Below, piece after piece: positions 61,763 through 64,000 of a stretch of 64,000 nucleotides of DNA. The notes beneath the pieces were generated by a model, which saw only the letters and a list, made by a program, of their open reading frames with translations, made no database searches and was not told the origin of the DNA. Position numbers and translations under genes: made by a program. Positions within the stretch are counted from its first letter, which is position 1; every line of letters starts with the position of its first letter. Source of the DNA: Oopsacas minuta (taxonomy: Eukaryota; Animalia; Porifera); NCBI GenBank assembly GCA_024704765.1, contig JAKMXF010000030.1:10525-74524 (forward strand), read 5' to 3'.

Positions 61763-62082
61763 GTATTTGAATTTTTAACTTTAATAAAGCTATTCACATA
61801 TTTCAAGAACTTAAGCTGATCCATGGTTCAAACAGGGGCTACAGGATCTCAAAATTTGTATCGCAGTCTATGGGAGAGTCCAGAGAAGGTGTGGGAACCG
61901 CTGAGTTACACCATGGCTAACATATCAAGGTGTTAGTATTTCGTTAATTAGATTATAATTGGCCTTTTGGAGCGGGCAATTTTATCCAATAAAAGGAAAT
62001 AAAAAGAATAACAACAACAAACACCTGATTAAGATAATTATCAAATAAGTATTTTAAATATTAATTAAGCTTCTTCGAACTT

Positions 62083-63060
62083 CTAATTTTCTTTTTTGGA
62101 GAACCTGGTAGACTCAGTTCCGTTATCAATCCCGTTAGTTCCAGTTTGTATTCCATTAGTTCCAGATTGAATAACACCTTTAGAAGTATTGGTGTATTTA
62201 TCAGGAAATCCGTTGCATTGATTGGTTGATTTGCTAACAATTGGAATTGGAGTTTCGTCGGTTTTAAAATTCCAATCCTGTCTTGAGAACAGCTGTTGTG
62301 TCTTTTTATGTGTCCAATACGGATTGAGCCCTGTAACCATTATAATGGCGCCCACGATAACCATAATTGTTAACACACCATTCATATTTTGGTAAACATT
62401 TGTCCAATTTTTCGCCACAAGGAATAGAAGTATGAGAGTAATATTCTCCCGCGTGTGGAACAGGTGAACTAAAATACATTGGTTAGCTGTCCATAAGACA
62501 CTTTCAGACATTTTCATTTTAAGTAACACCCAACAAAGACAACTGAAAGGTGTTGACATTTCCAAAGACACAGTCACGGTACCCAGTAAGTATCCATGGT
62601 CCCAAAACAGACCAATAAAATATCCAGCAAACGATATCAGATGATGGAACAATAATGCATAACTTCGTTGTTTGAAAATAATATCAGAAATGAAAAGCAT
62701 ACTACATTCGAAACAGAAAAACCCAACTATATACGTGAAAAACAGCTGACAGGACAAGGTCTTACCCAGCACTACATCATCCCATAGTTCTGTATCCACA
62801 AGCGTAATTAGACACAGAATAACCGCGTTTATACCGAAAGAGGCGCGGGCACCTGCTAGACACCAAAACACCTTATGCGCCGGTTTCAAATCTCTATAAG
62901 TTGGTATTAACTTCGAGAAAATTCCTACCATACCTGTGAATATATAATTGAATAACACAGATATTATACAGCCGATTAGTTTATGCTCAAAACTGCCGTT
63001 AAAAATATGGAGGAATGGAATGTTACGTAACAATACTCCTTCTGATGGTGAGGTCTCCAT
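62083..63060 (-). CDS. CLN8: CLN8 TLC-domain ER membrane protein, single exon
   Basis: KVFW.LA..RA.FG, GFFCFE, HHL, LEMSTPF.C..W.LLK, NPYWTHKKTQQL..DWNF. C-terminal KKEN is a KKxx ER-retrieval motif. Confidence 0.93.
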   Translation of the reverse strand: METSPSEGVLLRNIPFLHIFNGSFEHKLIGCIISVLFNYIFTGMVGIFSKLIPTYRDLKPAHKVFWCLAGARASFGINAVILCLITLVDTELWDDVVLGKTLSCQLFFTYIVGFFCFECSMLFISDIIFKQRSYALLFHHLISFAGYFIGLFWDHGYLLGTVTVSLEMSTPFSCLCWVLLKMKMSESVLWTANQCILVHLFHTRENITLILLFLVAKNWTNVYQNMNGVLTIMVIVGAIIMVTGLNPYWTHKKTQQLFSRQDWNFKTDETPIPIVSKSTNQCNGFPDKYTNTSKGVIQSGTNGIQTGTNGIDNGTESTRFSKKEN

Positions 63061-63901
63061 TTATACCTACAAAATAAGAATCGATAATATCTAATTATAT
63101 TGCTTAATAGGGTCACATTGGGTCATTTTGACCCGATTAAGTGGACTATTTAAGTGGACTATTTAAGTGGACCTGTTTCTGACCAAGTACCCGAATACCC
63201 TGGCGGTGTATACATATACATAACTCACTTATTATTGTTGTTGTTGATGTAATAAAAGAGCTAAAATGTTAGATGCGAATAAAATAAAAAATACAAATGA
63301 CAAATCTTCAAACCTACAATCTTAAATATTAACCTTAAGCTTAACTAATTATATTACAATTCTAAATATAGAACTAATATACACCTCGAGGAAGCTCATC
63401 ATACACACACACTATTGTCATAAGTTCATGACGAGCTCTGCACATGTTGCTTGACGTTACAAATCTCTATTAAGCTATTGTCACAGATAATATAGAATAA
63501 AGAGTGTATTGGTGTTGTTATGGAGAATGGAATTTGTCATATCCTCCATTGATATTATCTGAGTTGCTAATTAGCGAATCTATAGAATGTTGGTGATTAC
63601 ACGAATAGAATAAGTATAGCCAACTCCTGTTATATCGAAGCTTAAGGGACCGTTATAATTACTTCCATACAACTGATGATTACGTATGTGTTACTATTGG
63701 GACCATGTTTGTACAATCTCACACTACGATATAAGCGGGTATTTGTATATATCCGTGTAATGAGAGTTGACTGAATTGTGTACTTGCCAACTTGAGTGAA
63801 GAAAAATGTGGGAGAATTAATATTTTTGACAAGTTTAGGCGGGACATAGCATCAACACAGTTGTTAAGTATAATATTGTATATCATAACATCAAAAAGCA
63901 G

Positions 63902-64000
63902 ATACATACATACATACATACATACATACATACATACATACATACATACATACATACATACATACATACATACATACATACATACATACATACATACATA
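63902..64000. repeat. (ATAC)n microsatellite running off the window end
   Basis: About 25 perfect copies. Confidence 0.98.

Noticed and set aside
63719-63991. MYVC-repeat ORF, and the many FVCLFVCL-type ORFs elsewhere
   Set aside because: They are translations of (ATAC)n and (TTTG)n microsatellites.

Overview
Gene-dense, AT-rich, intron-containing animal DNA. The very short introns, (TTTG)n tracts and NHL-repeat family suggest a sponge, probably a hexactinellid; this is inference. About 24 protein genes can be assembled by hand from GT-AG boundaries: a partial SH3 protein, unkempt, TAF10, TMA16, CCDC50-like, a Ras-like GTPase, a zf-GRF protein, STARD13/DLC1, a frameshifted NHL gene, IQGAP, ARHGAP21/23-like, a DOK-like adaptor, DNPEP, an Ig/FN3 adhesion GPCR, PRSS23, C9orf85, CLN8 and five divergent Rab-like GTPases, plus MITEs and tandem repeats. 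Standout observations: (1) an 11-exon, ~560-aa gene collinear with the trypanosome/euglenoid paraflagellar rod proteins PFR1/PFR2, with RFX X-box motifs upstream; (2) a splice-acceptor-like YAG 0-11 nt before the start codon of 16 genes, in co-oriented arrays with 100-430 nt spacers, suggesting spliced-leader trans-splicing and operons; (3) three complete genes nested antisense inside introns; (4) a Rab-like family lacking the catalytic Gln; (5) an in-frame TAG replacing the Gln of an IQ motif in IQGAP. All homology calls come from remembered reference sequences, not database searches.
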